DNA of 55,778 nt from Parasitella parasitica NRRL 2501 (lineage: Eukaryota > Fungi > Mucoromycota): positions 1 through 55,778 of the forward strand of contig MU619328.1 of NCBI GenBank assembly GCA_025201805.1. Reading direction: 5' to 3'. Numbering within the stretch: position 1 is the first letter of the stretch; each line of letters starts with the position of its first letter. The position numbers were made by a program, and so were the translations under genes. Below the pieces are notes generated by a model. It was not told the origin of the DNA. It ran no database searches and saw only the letters and a program-made list of their open reading frames with translations. Of the stretch, positions 39,070 through 52,450 are shown in pieces.

Positions 39070-40767
39070 TTACTTTTGCTGTGTTGCAAGCAGCTCTTGC
39101 ATACGTTGTTGAGTCTAATAAAAGAGACAGGTTTAGCAAAGACCCAATCTAATATTATTACTAAATTACCTTTGATGTCAAATAGTGGAAAACTGCTTCC
39201 TTGACCCAAGGTTGCTTATAAAAGTCAGTTTGGCGTACATCCTCCAAATTGACCTTAGTTTCTCCTAAAATGGCCTATTATATCACGTATTTACTAGACA
39301 AATACCAAAGTCTAAATGCCCAACAATACCTCTAAATCCCTAGCCTGGCTTATTATCCATTTGTTTATAAATTCAATTGGGTTCATCGAGAATTGAGTCA
39401 AGAAATCACGCTTCACCTTTGAATTATTAATACTTTGTACACACTGAACAATCTTATCATCTAACGCCATAGCATCCTTCTGAGGCTGACTGGATGAAAT
39501 GACATTCATCATTTTTTGGCGAAGAATACTATCCAATTCAACATCCATATCGTATGCAACTGGCCCTTGATTAAATTGCTTATTGACTCGAATCTTGTAT
39601 TCCAGTACAATGGGGTCTGGTTGAGATAGATGACGGTTAATTAACTCTGGTAAATCAGAGAGTTGTAGTCGAGATGATCCAAATAAATCAGTCAGCTTTT
39701 CGTCACACTGGATAACTCGTTTGTCTTGCTTATCATGCAATTGATGAAGCTGATCGCCACAAGTGATTAGATTCTCAGATAAGCTGGGATGTACGAGCAT
39801 ATCACTTACCTTGATGTAATTCCATAGTTCAGTGATGATATGAGGTTTAGTAGCTAATGGAGGAGAGATAATTCCAGACAGGGCAGCACTTAATTTATAT
39901 TTTTGAGGATTAAAATCAGGAACAAGAATGATACGTGCATTCACATCAACATCGCCCTTGCGCTTCAATTCAACACCATCGGCATCTAATGAATTGGCTT
40001 GTTTATGCCACTACAGCCCATGTAATTAAAAACAAAACCTCTTTGCAATCAAATTTTTGCATCTCACATACCTCAGTAATGTTGCCTTCTGGGAATACTT
40101 CTGGGTCGCGATCCAGCTCAACAATGATCGATTTAAAAAAGGAAGTGAATTTTTGGACAGGTTGTGCTTTTTTTGTGGGAATCAAAGGCTACCCAACAGT
40201 TAGCTACATGCTATACAATATACACATCAATCCCCTTACATCCAATAACCTTCCCTCGATTCTCAACGTCCAGGAAGGAGCATTGTCATCATTTGACTCA
40301 AAGTTTGTTGGTTCATCGAGTTGCTCTGGTTGATCAGCGGCCGTGTTTGATACAAAGATACGCAAAGTACGACGCACTTTGGTGGGTTTTCCTAATGCTT
40401 CTTGGATGTCTAAGCGTTTCCTCATAATGGCCATATCCAGATTTTTTTCAAATTCACGCAGCTCGTTGTATAATTTGGATTCTGGTATATACGCCTCAAT
40501 CTAAGAGAGTGCACAGTCAGAAAAATAAAGAAACACATGAGATGTACCATACCCTTGGTGGATTATTACGGTCTGTAGGTCTCTTCTTCCTAAAAAANNN
40601 NNNNNNNNNNNNNNNNNNNNNNNNNNNNNNNNAAAAAAAAAAAAATGCTATTAGTTTCTGATGTATTCAGTTGATATTCTCAATTACTTGATATGTCTGG
40701 TAATAGAATCTGCTGTAGCAGCCCTCTTTTTCACTTGCACTGTTGGTGTTATCACGGATTGTTGCAT
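39070..40767 (-). CDS. SNF12: SWI/SNF-RSC SWIB-domain subunit (BAF60/SMARCD, Snf12/Ssr3-like)
   Basis: KRPTDRN, MRKRLDIQEAL, RTLRIFVSNT, WTLRIEGRLLD, FTSFFKSIIVELD, LWNYIK..LHD, WIISQARDLE, FYKQPWVKEAV; multi-exon, N gap inside intron 1. Confidence 0.95.
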
Positions 40768-40810
40768 GTTTATGTAAAGAGTAGCGAAGAAAAGGAAAAA
40801 AAAAATTTAT

Positions 40811-41634
40811 TTAGAAAAAGGTCATTAAAGCAAAACAGGCGTAAAATAAACCGACTGGATACGCTACTAAAAATCTTTGTTCGTTCAAGTGAAGAACGCT
40901 GGAAAACATGCCAGAACTCGAATACGTACACCATAAAATACTAACCACAGTGAGGGCAGTTCCGATGATGTTATCCAATTTCAACACAACACTAAACCCA
41001 CTCAACATCACCATTGGCAAAAGACAATATCCCAACACACTTGCTGTTCTTGACCAATCAATACCATTTTCACTCATCATATTTAAAATGAGGTAGATGC
41101 TAACAACGCCCATAACACCAACACCATAGATGTATCCGAAATGTGCCTTTCTTGACAATAACAAAAATGTACCAAATAAAAAGATGAATAAAAGTGGCCC
41201 TGCTAAATCCGTATCGTCCATAATTGTATGAGGAACAGTTCGAAAAGGATTCAACACTGCGAGACTCTATATAAACATATCAATTATTGATTCACCTGCA
41301 AACAACTTGCTACTACCTTTGATTTGATATGGCCAAAGTTGAGGCCAAGCTCTTCTAATAAAGGCGGTTCATCCGCAAATCCGCCTGTTCCAAACGCGCT
41401 CCAAAAAGATCCAGATGATCCAGTGGTATAATTGTAGTTGGGTGTATGCATATCACCTGTAGGTGGACTACTGTAATAGTTATTGGTATTGCTATTATAC
41501 TGGTCTCCATAATTCGATGAATAGAACTGTAAACCATCGCCGCCAGCGCTAGGTGTGGAGGTTTGCGGTTGGCCATAATATTGATTCTGGTTGTTATCAA
41601 ACAAGACTGAATGAACGGGTTGTCTTGAAGTCAT
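40811..41634 (-). CDS. YIP1: YIP1-family ER/Golgi membrane protein
   Basis: DEPPLLEELGLNFGHIKSK, MDDTDLAGP, HFGYIYG, SVLGYCLLP, LVAYPVGLFY; one intron. Confidence 0.96.
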
Positions 41635-41801
41635 GTTTTTTTTAAAAAAGTATGTAAGAGAAAAAGCCTGAACGTGCTCAACTTGTGTCTCTCACCTAAG
41701 GTGCACCTCTGGGATGCTCTTCACCTGGGTTTGGTTGACCGCTCCTGTTAGAATGAAACAAATGTATGCTTTCCAGAAGTATTTTACGTAAACTATCAAA
41801 T

Positions 41802-42040
41802 TTATTTTTTTAATCCCTGACAGTCTGTCAATGTTGCCTCTGCGGTTTTGTCACTGACTGCCAGGCAATCTCTTTTAGCACCGGTTTCACTTTGGCCCAA
41901 AACTCCTCGATTGAACAGAGGAATGGAGGAGATGGGGAGTGAGTAATAGCCTTGAGTCCTTGCTTTTTCAATGTGTTTTCGAACTTTGATCGTTTTGCGG
42001 ATTTTTGCGTTGTCCATGACAATGGAAGGATTCCTTTTTT
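41802..42040 (-). mobile_element. Tc1/mariner (IS630-like) DDE transposase remnant
   Basis: IVMDNAKI and, after a frameshift, SPFL-like segment plus IEEFWAKVK, matching the second D and the E region of DD34E transposases. Confidence 0.85.
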
Positions 42041-42743
42041 ACTGCATTATTAGCAGATATAAATGAAAAATAAAAATTGTATAATAAGTTGCTACAGCAA
42101 CACTTTGATATGAAGAACAGTTTTCAAAAAAGTAAAATGCGAGCTTATCGACCTCTCATTTAATCAACAAAATGCATTTTATCACAACACAAACACATCT
42201 TCCAAGCTCTAACCCTGTAAATGTTGCGATGCGGGAAAGATAATACCAAGAGAGCAACAAGACAAAAGAGTGAGGGTGAGTTTGGGGAAAGCGACTGATG
42301 TTCAATGAATATACAGTTGTTCAATACAATAACTAGGACACGAAGTCCGTCAAACCACAAAGGAAGCTACACGTTAACGAGGTTCCAGGGTCCCACCCTA
42401 AACATGTTACCATAACCGTATCAGTTTACTACTCCCATATGCCTTCTAGGCACCAGAATGAAGAGAAACAAAGATAACTAATACAACAGACACACCGTGC
42501 ATCAAATCTTAAGACGGAAGACAGATATCAGGCTGTTAAAGAGAATAAAAGTAGCATGTTATATGATCCGGCGGAAAAGGGGCATTGGACATTGGTCAAA
42601 TGATATCTGATCACCTCTACAACTGACAAAACTTCACCACTGAGTAGTGTGACCCAAGTTTATTGAATACAAAGAAATATATAAAAACTCAATTTGAAAT
42701 AAATCGCAGCACAAATTTTTTTCTTTTTTCATGCTTTAACGAC

Positions 42744-43759
42744 ATGGACCTCAATTTTTTTAACGACCTTCAGCAATCGTTGGAGCAAGAATCCAATAGA
42801 AAAGATGTAATGGAAAGGCGCGTGTGATTTTTTGTTTCAAGTGAACTTAAAAGTAAATATCTAGGAAATTCGAGCTACAGTCAAGGGATTGGACAGAGCT
42901 TGTCGACAGTTGAACGCGACTTTGAATCAAGTGCATGCTGACCCCTCAGGCCTAGGTAATTGGAGCATTTGTCAAGAAGTTTATTTTATTAATAGTTTGC
43001 TGTAGTTCCAGATATTGATTTTACACAGGTGCGAGAAACATTGCAGACACTATCAAAGTTGATACCAGATAACGAGTTTTTCAAGTATAATGATTTATGG
43101 TCTAGAAGTACACAACAGGCTGTTTTTTTGATTGTATTCAAATCATATCTTGACCAAGGAAAAATCATCAATATTATACCCACTGTCGAGGAAACTTTAC
43201 AAGGTATAATATCTCTACGTGCATATGTACGTTTGTAATTGGATTAGTAATAAGTTACTGTCTTTACAAGTCAAGGTGGACATCCATAATGATTTAAACG
43301 AATTTCATATTCAACTTGAAGATATACTTCATGCTTATATTTCCCTGATTAATGAACTAGTAAGTGAAAAAATGTCGAAAAAAGAAAACCTTTTTAAAGT
43401 TAAATAATTAGTCAAGACTTTGCATCAATTCTGTTACAGTGGGCGATTATGAACGTCCCTTGACCATATCCAAACATGTGAAGGATCTAAGTGCAGGATT
43501 CCAAATCTTGAATCTAAAAAATGACATTTTGCGTAAACGGTAAAGTCGATCTTTTCCTGAGATTTATAGTATTTGGGCTAAGATATTATACCTGCCAAGT
43601 AGATTCGATAGCATTAAATATGATGTCAAAAAGATTGAGGAAGTTGTATATGACATTACTTTGCGTGGATTACACAACGCATCCAAAAAGCGAGTTTTGA
43701 TCGATGATGAGGAAGATCAGCCGACAGCCCTCAGTGGCAAAAAAATGCCTAAGAGTTAA
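42744..43759 (+). CDS. TSN: Translin (C3PO subunit)
   Basis: Six exons; FFKYNDLW, FHIQLED, INELSRLCINSVTVGDY, FQILNLKNDILRKRFDSIKYDVKKIEEVVYDITLRGL. Confidence 0.95.
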
Positions 43760-45341
43760 ATATACATGAAGTCCATTTATTTGATCTCGTATTATTTAAA
43801 TTAGGCCCTCCCAAATAAGTATGCATAAATATCAATCATAGCAACAATCAGCGATTTATGTATTTATTCAATAAAATATACGCAAATTTTAAAAACAAAG
43901 TAACTTGACAAAGAACACTTATTAAACTAATCGAGCATTATCAGACCATAGCCTAGACAGATATAAACTTGAAGATGCTCCAAACTGAGAACGTCAACTT
44001 CCATAGAATATTACCAGGAGCTTTTTGAATATTTACTTTCGTTGAACACAAGCTTGAATTGCTTAATTTGGTGCCTTAAATAGCGATGACTTGGGGTGCT
44101 CTTACGCAATATCTATCATATATGTGTAATGGTTCAATAAATTTGACAGGTAGTTTAATGGCTCTTTACATTTTTTGTTAACTTGCTTAATAAATATGTC
44201 TTTTGACTATATTTACGAATAATTAGATGCAGGGAAAAAATGAGTTTTAACATGATACGTAGCGGTGCCAGTCTTCTTCAATGCAAGACTACTCGTCAAG
44301 TGTTTGGATCATTGCCCCTGCTTATCATCCTAACTCACATTGACTGGTGTCTGATTTTACTAGAGTTAACAAGGTCCTAAGGTTCAATTTGCAAAAGGCT
44401 GCTTTTTTTTCGACGTTCATGTAACCGTCTTGTTAAATAGAACAGAAAAAAGTGTGAGACCGCAACGGACCTGCGTACACAGAGGATATTGACATTACTA
44501 AGGCTTATCAGTCTCCACAGATACATTCACAAACAAGTTAGATTGATCAGTGCCGACAAATATAAAAATTGTTGCAGTGAGGCATATAAGTACTCAAACT
44601 CTCCTGTATCTACTGCGTTTTTCATTTTTTTCGGAAGTGTGCGCCATCAACTTAATAATCAGTAATCAGCAATATTAATCCATTACGTCGTACAAACTTT
44701 TTTTAAACGTTTTTCCCAAAAATGTCCACGTTCCCTTATTTCGTACTACAGAGACCTTTATTTATATTAAAGGCCATTGATCTGTGGTACATGAAATAGA
44801 GTAATTAATTTCAAGTACAACAGAGGAATCTGTCAAATCAAAATCAGTATGATGATTCGGAGTGAGTGGATTGTATGAGAATGCGCATCTCGCTATCACA
44901 GAAAGCCTAGTTCAGTCCTAGAGAGAACAACGAGATAGCGTTGGATGTGGCTGTGTATAACTGAGGGGTTTGCACTGTGTAAGCCTGACTCTATTTTTCC
45001 TCTTTTTTTTTTTTAAGATTAATCATTTTCTTTGCGTTTAAAATAATCTCAAAGAATTCGAAGAAGCACATAAAATCTTCTATTCAAAAAATGCTCGACT
45101 ATGAGGCATCAAATGTATTTTGTCTGGGATGATTTATAGTGCTGTTTTTTTTAATTGGTCGAACATTACTCACCTTTTTATGGTAATTGTCTTTTGCAAA
45201 TTAGAATAGCAAAAAATCATAATTGTCCTCTTCTCTTGTTGTTATCTCTTTCTTTCTGATTTACATTACATTTACTCGTCGTACAACAAACCCGTTCCAC
45301 AGCCCTCAATCACTACCGAATCACACAAAAAGTGGGGCAAG

Positions 45342-48300
45342 ATGAGCAGTAATAGCGCCGTGAATGTAGAAGCAGCACAAAGCTTTAATGGTGGCATTAT
45401 TTTTGTGAGCTACCTTATCTCTGTTGCTGGAGCGCAAACGACATTAGAACTACTAACGAGAAGAACACATATAAGAGGATACTACAACTGGTGCGTAATT
45501 CAGATACACAAAAGAGATAACTCTTGTACAAGTGCTGATTGACATTGGCGTGCGTTTCATTAGGTTCTTGTTGACAGCTGCTGCATTTGTGATGGGTGCC
45601 GTTTGTGTTTGGTCAATGCATTTTATAGGCAATAACAGCATGACGCTTATTGTGCAAGACGAGCCTTATCAACTGTCATACAAGGCCGGCTACACTTTTG
45701 CTAGTTTGATCGTCGCCATTGCCTGTATGTTTTTAGCGTTTGCATTTGTTGGCATCACCGAAGAAGCAAAGATATCTAGAATTATACCAAGCGGGGTATT
45801 TGTTGGGGTAATGTCGATCAAACCAAATGCCATATTTGCGTGTCTTGACAAGTTTTCTTTCTGTAGTTGGGCATTGTTTGCATGCATTATATGGGTAAAT
45901 CTTTCAATTGTCAAATGCGTGCGCGCAATAAGCATTAACGGGAATATTTAGGTCAATTCGCCATCGATTATTTTGTACTAGTCTATAAGACAGGTTACCT
46001 TATTGGTGCAATTGTAATCGCTTGTGTTGCTGTAACTGTCGCTCTGTACATATTCTTCAAATTGAGAGAGAAGTGGATTATTTTTTGGTACAAGCGCCTT
46101 GGATGTGCTTGCTTGATGGCTTTGGCTGTTTGTGGTAAAATAAGCTCTCTCTTCATACCCTTGCTTCTTGTCAGCAATGACTAACAACATCTGCGCTATT
46201 AGGAATGCATTACACAGCTTTGGTGGGTACAGAATTTTATAGACCCAGCCCGCATGGCTCTATTCCAGTACCAAAGCTACAAACACCAGCCCTTATTGGC
46301 ATCATCTCGGCCGTCATAGTGTCCGCGTGTGTTGGATTAATATACATTAGCGTTAAGGCAGGAATGAAAAAATTACCAATGTACACCAAGAATACCAACA
46401 AGAGATTGATCCTTGATTCGGTTATTTTCGACCCCATGGGCCGTATTCTTGTAAAAGTAGATGGCACACTGCCAATGACTGAGATTGTACATAATTTGGA
46501 GTTGAACGTAAGATATCGCTCCCTCGGTCTCTGCAAAATTATTCACAGGGCTGTGTAAATAATATAGGAATCCAAACAAGAGTTCTCATCCAGTCATCCG
46601 TTGTTTGTTCGCCTCTTTGAGACGGCTGTACGTAAAGCATCAACTGGGTTCGCGGGAGAGAATCGTCCATCTGGTTTATCAGGGACTTCGTCGATGGAAG
46701 CGTTTGATGTGATTGAAAATCAATTTCTGGATGGCTGTCAAGAGCTGCGACGAGAACTTGGGTTCGACCACTTTGGCGATATTGGCATTCTCAGTGATAT
46801 TGTAGTTGCAACTGACACCATCGCGAAATCAATGCAAAAGTTTGCCAAGAGCTCCCAACTATTCAGAAGCTCCTCGGGATCTAGCTGGTCCCAGAAAGTG
46901 GTAGTTCAGCATTCAACCAATATTGAAGTATCGACTCGGCAGCAAAACTTGCAATCTGAAGATGAACATGACGACTGCCATCGTCAAAGTACGGGAAGCG
47001 GCATAGACAAGGCTAAAGTCGCCAAGAAAGTCTACAGATGGGCCCAACACAAGAAGAAATCGGTGGCGGACGACGAAGAAACAGTAATTGAAACAATCAA
47101 TACCAATAGTGGCAAGCGCTCCTCAGGTGGAACTACGCTGGTTATTTTTAACAACAACGGACATTGCTCGTCCTCGGAGGAAACGACCCATCAAGACGAT
47201 GTCAAATCTGTTGCGGATCGTTTATCCGTAGAAGACTCTGACGGCGAAGACAAACATATTTTTATGGTGCGTAAACTTGTACAAGAGAAAGACGTTGATC
47301 GCCTACTCTCCCAGGGCTATCGTTTTGCAGAATCTATCTTTATTGCCAAAACAATGGGTTCTAAACTGCGAATCCCAACCGAGCATATGCGACATCACTT
47401 TGCAGATCTGCAACAATTGTCCGACTCTGTTTGTGCCTTGACCCAGCACGATTGGGTGCCTTCTGATGTCGAACCGGCTCCCAATTCAACTATTTTCAAG
47501 GCATCTACCAAAAGCTCAGTATTAGTCGGAGCATTCGTACTTGTTGACGAGACAAGGGAGCTCACAAACATGCACATTTTGGTTGAAAAAGCAAAGCGGT
47601 TTGCCTTCCCATTTGTTCAGTTGTCGACTGACCAAAACATGGACTATCCTACGTATCTTGAGGCGGATCAAGTGGAATTCCTTCACGCTCTACAAGGCTA
47701 TTCTCTGTTTGACATGACTAATTTGACACAACTTTTGCTGACACACCAAGCTCGGAAACTTCAAGAGCCTAAAATCACATTGCCTAGCGAACATTTCGTC
47801 CGTGGCATTGAACAGGCAGCGAAGCATTTACTGGAGTCAACTTCGTATAGCCGTGCTCTTTATCAAACCTCTAAACTACACGCTACCGTTTTGGACCTCC
47901 CACCATTCGCATTATCTACGGGCCCCTGTCAGCTTATCCTTTTCAAGTCGTTTGTCAAAACGCAAGGCGCAATTTCTGCCGTTAATCACACATTTTCCGA
48001 GTCTATGAAATGCATACCTTTGGCTTTATACAAACCTCTATGTGGATTTATTACAGATGAAGCAGCTGCTATCTACAAAGCAAGCAACCAGATAACTACG
48101 ACACCTACTTATCTCATGCAGCAGCAAATGTACCGCCAGCAGACTAATTACGATAGCAATCGTAATCTATACAGCAACGGTGGTGAAGATGACATTTCTA
48201 TTCAAATGGACACATTCAAAGATCAAATAGAGATTACTACAACTAAAACTACAACATCAATAGCAACATCAGAACAAGATTCCCCAGCGCCTACCGCCGC

Positions 48301-48544
48301 CAGTGATCCGTTTTCACTTCCTCCTCCTCCTAGAGCCAAGAGAAATCGATTTAAATTGACAGATGCATTGTTGAGTAATGCCACAATTGATACTCTATCT
48401 CCTTTACAAGATGAAAGCGTCAAAGCTACGTCCAGCACCCGCAATGTCCAATCATTGCAGGCGGCACCTTTGACGGTGCTCACAACACGAGATAGATTTT
48501 GGTGGATCAATCCTATTGTCGAAGAAACTATTCACACTATATAA
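45342..48544 (+). CDS. MHYT-domain membrane sensor protein with long cytoplasmic C-terminus
   Basis: Three MHYT repeats across introns: VWSMHFIGN, GIVCMHYMGQ, VCGMHYTA, each after hydrophobic helices; ~650-aa final exon with no domain I recognise. Confidence 0.9.
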
Positions 48545-48837
48545 TACGAGTTATATAGAGAAAGAAAAAAAAAAGTACATGTATATATCTGATTTTCCGT
48601 ACGTACGATACCCTTCTTTTTCACGTATCAAACACAACACACTACTCTGTATTTCTATTTCAAACAATATATGCCATGATCTAATTATAAACTTTGTTTT
48701 TCTCACTCTCACTCTTGCAATCTTTATACAATATTCTTTATAAACAATATTAACGATCCACATGTTTATTCTTCAAAATAAATCAAATATTTTGGATGCG
48801 TAATAAGGCTTTTTATGTATTTCTAATTTCAGGGTTT

Positions 48838-50856
48838 CTATTTGATGAATCTCTCAAGAGCCCTCGAAAAGTAGACGCCTGTTGTATCGAGAAAGTCTTG
48901 TTTTTGAAACTTCAATACGCTATCAAGTTCTTCATTTTGCTGGGGTATTACTGACTTGTCTTGCTTGTAATGGTAGTAAAATAGCTTGAAATCTTGAATA
49001 GAAGCACGCTTATTCAAGGCTTGCCATTTGAGCTTGGTGCACAAGATATCTGACATGGTAAGTAGCGTTGTGTCTGAATCTAATTGCCAAGTGGTTAGCA
49101 TGCAACATGTAGGCGGCCCCAAGTATCAATTTTACCTTTAATGAGTCTCAACCCCTCCCAAATGATGATAGGCATAATGTGATCTGGCACAGAGTCGCTA
49201 TTAATGAGTACCCTGAATTCGTTTGTGGCGTCTTCAAGTTCTGATCTTGCCATGTAGTTAGAGAGGTTGTGTAAATGTTGGTAAATTGTGTAATATACTC
49301 CATCATATTGTGTAGGGCCCAAAGATGAAAGATCAAACCAATTCCCAGTTTTTGCAAGATACCAAATCATTTCATAAAACACGCCGTCGATACATTGATC
49401 CTGCTTTGACTTTTCGTAGTAAAATAGAGCTCTTTTATAATCATTTGATTCCATGCACATGGTTGCTTTCTTCTTGTATATTTTTAACCCTGTTGATTCT
49501 AATGACTGACTGATACAGAACTCTACAACATCTATTATGACAGTGTCTTCCACGTTCAAATCCATAGTGTTTAAATGCTAGCATAACAAGACTTAGCAAT
49601 CCAACAATTATGCAATCTATAACCTTGTTTACCTCCACAACAGCCTCCTTTCCTAAATCACCGCATTCCAGCATGTATATATAAGCCTGCCGCCATAAGC
49701 CAAATTGGTTCTTTAAAAATGACGCATAAAATAATATAAAATGTGTCTTCACTGGCATCGACAATATGTCCCTACCAACTGGAATCTTGATATCTCGGTC
49801 TATCATTTGATTCATTGTGAGTAGATCGGTTAAATGTGCAAGTAGCCACCAATCATAGTGAATGCATTCTTCCATAGCTTGATAGATATCGCCTGCAATA
49901 ATAGATCGTAGTACTTTCTGTGATGAATAGGGTATTGGCCTGGGTGAATTTCGAGCTGAGAATTCATTGAAAGATCCAACTGAAGATCGATAATATCTGG
50001 AGCAGATATAAGCATGAATGTCGTCTTGTGTATGTTCAATTGTAACAGCTTCATTTCCCAAGAAAATTGACATGACGGTGCTTATCTGATCTGCGTGGTA
50101 TTTGGTTTTCGAATGCACCCATCTTGTAGTATTCAAATTGTTGATGGCCTTCTCGAGTTTTTCTGAATCTGGTGGAAGATTCGAAATTATATCGCACAAT
50201 TCCATAATATAAGGCAAGACATCACTGTATCTAGATAGAGATACGTCGAGTAAGACATGCTTGAGTATTGATGAAATTTGTTCAATGTAGCCCAAAGTAG
50301 CCATGCGAATGACATAGGGCCAAAAGTTGGGATGCTCGAATGTTCCTTCAGGATTGAAATATATCGCTTGCTTGTCGTATTCATAGTATAAAGCTATTTT
50401 TTTTTTTTTAAAAAAAAAGAATACGTCAATCATTGTATTCTGTCGAGTAGTTTCACTGTAGATCCATACATGTGTTGATTTGATTATGCCATTCCATCAA
50501 AGATTTGATATCGTCTTTGCACTCGCTGAAATACACGATTTGACACAACTGCCATATAGCTGATAATTGTAAATACACCTGGCGTTCTTTATTCAAGGCG
50601 AGTTCGTTATAATACTACATACAAATTAATTTTTTAGGTGTTGTGGACTTTTTTGCTGGGAATTACCTGCTCCACCAGCTCTATTTGTTCTCGTAGGGCA
50701 TCGCCAAATTCTGCAGCTGCTTTGTTAACAGATACTGGAGATTCTCTATCGTCTGAAATTAGTATAACAATAATCAAATATGCATAATATAGAATACCTT
50801 TGGTGCAGTTTCTGGAAAATCAAAGAAGATTGTCTATATAACTGAGTCATACTCAT
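48838..50856 (-). CDS. NUP85: Nucleoporin Nup85 (start codon uncertain)
   Basis: HPNFWPYVIRMATLG, DWWLLAHLTDLL, GLWRQAYIYMLEC; helical multi-exon gene. Confidence 0.85.
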
Positions 50857-51272
50857 GATTTAGTGCCGGTTCGCTTGAATATTACAACTATTTCCACGTA
50901 CCATGGCGCGAGTATTGTGTAGATCAGAGGTATCTTGTAGTTTAGAGCGACAAACATCTTTTATATACAGTAGTCGACTCATGATGTTAATGTTTATATT
51001 ATTATAAGAAAGCACGAAAAACCCGCAAAAAGTTTTCAACATATACTTTTGAATTCGCTGAAGCTGAATTATAATCTTCTAAATGAGGTACAGGGTGTAG
51101 AACTGATTCTATTCTGTGAGTCAACATCAATCAATCATTCCATCATTGATTAAAGTATGTTATGACAAATACAGGCTGACGTTATGTTGGCAACATTCTG
51201 GCAACGTATATAATGAGTGCGGTTCTCATTTTATTCTCCTTTTATCAATCAATACGTTACTGAAAGAACAAG

Positions 51273-51881
51273 ATGGTAAAGAGAAAACAAACCAACAAAG
51301 AAGTTCTGGCTTTCACTTATCCGTGCTACATTTGCGGTAACATTCTTTATAAAGCCAAACAGGCCATTAACCATATTCAAGCTGTTCACGGTTACAAACT
51401 CCCTGTTCGTGCTGTTGGTCATAAACGACCCAAAGACCTTCAGTATGAATACGAAAACAGCCCAGTTTCTTCAGACGATTATGATGTCAGCCATTATGCT
51501 TGTTCATCATGCTGGTTCCACTGCCCTGAGGCTGGTCTTAAGGAACTCTCTGATCATGTTAACCAAGTCCATCATCCTGAAAACATTGACCCATCCAAGA
51601 ACAATGGTGGCCAAATTAGAGGTGGCGAAGCTACTAACAGCGACAAGCGTGGTGATTTGACTCGATACACGACTCCTGAAGTAGAACATGAGCAAGACCA
51701 AAGAGCCACTGAAAGTGGCCAAAGCGAGAATACTCAAGATGAAGACATGGCCGAGACCGATAATGAGTCTAAGGCAAAGACCCCACCCAAACCAGACATT
51801 TATGATGTTTTTCAAAAGTTGAATGAGCTTACTGAAATCTTTCAAAAGCTTTTTGTCAAAGGAAAAAACGATGCTAAGTAA
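51273..51881 (+). CDS. Small intronless two-zinc-finger protein (paralog of 37917..38399)
   Basis: CYIC-x12-H-x4-H and CSSCWFH...H-x4-H; acidic disordered linker; C-terminal helix. Confidence 0.85.
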   Translation: MVKRKQTNKEVLAFTYPCYICGNILYKAKQAINHIQAVHGYKLPVRAVGHKRPKDLQYEYENSPVSSDDYDVSHYACSSCWFHCPEAGLKELSDHVNQVHHPENIDPSKNNGGQIRGGEATNSDKRGDLTRYTTPEVEHEQDQRATESGQSENTQDEDMAETDNESKAKTPPKPDIYDVFQKLNELTEIFQKLFVKGKNDAK

Positions 51882-52450
51882 ATGCTAATCTCACTTCGCA
51901 TATTATGTTCATTCAGATACTTATAATCAAGCAATTGACTCGTTTAGTGGTTTCTATTCATAGGCCATATGTCTTTTGATATAATTTGCTTCATACTCCC
52001 ATTGCTACAATAAAAATATCAATCATCTAATAATTACAGGCGGCGTATACCAAAGGCTTTAAAAAAAATTAACGAAGCAATATTGTCCTCAATATGATTG
52101 TAAGAAAATCTCTGACAACATAGACATCTAAACCACTTGGTGTTTCCTCTAAATCCTACGGATCTCTCTCTATTAAAAAATGAAAAAAACTACTGTATTT
52201 AACTTTGAAACTTCTACTAATTTATCATGCATGCAACTGTGTTCAGCTTATTAAGATCAAGCATTTATCATGTGAAAAATTCTTATATAAATCAGTGTAG
52301 TGATTAATCATACGTCAGAGGAGTGTAAGCAGAATTTAAACATTAAAGCAGAACAAAGTGAGCCTGTAAATTGTTGTTAATTAGCGACTATTTGTAAAAT
52401 TTTCTTGCATAAAAGCTGAATTGGTATATTTCGTTAAATGTCGTGCCAAG

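Noticed and set aside
44072-44110. TGCCTTAAA resembling the U12 snRNA 5' end
   Set aside because: Lacks the following GTAAGGA branch-recognition sequence.
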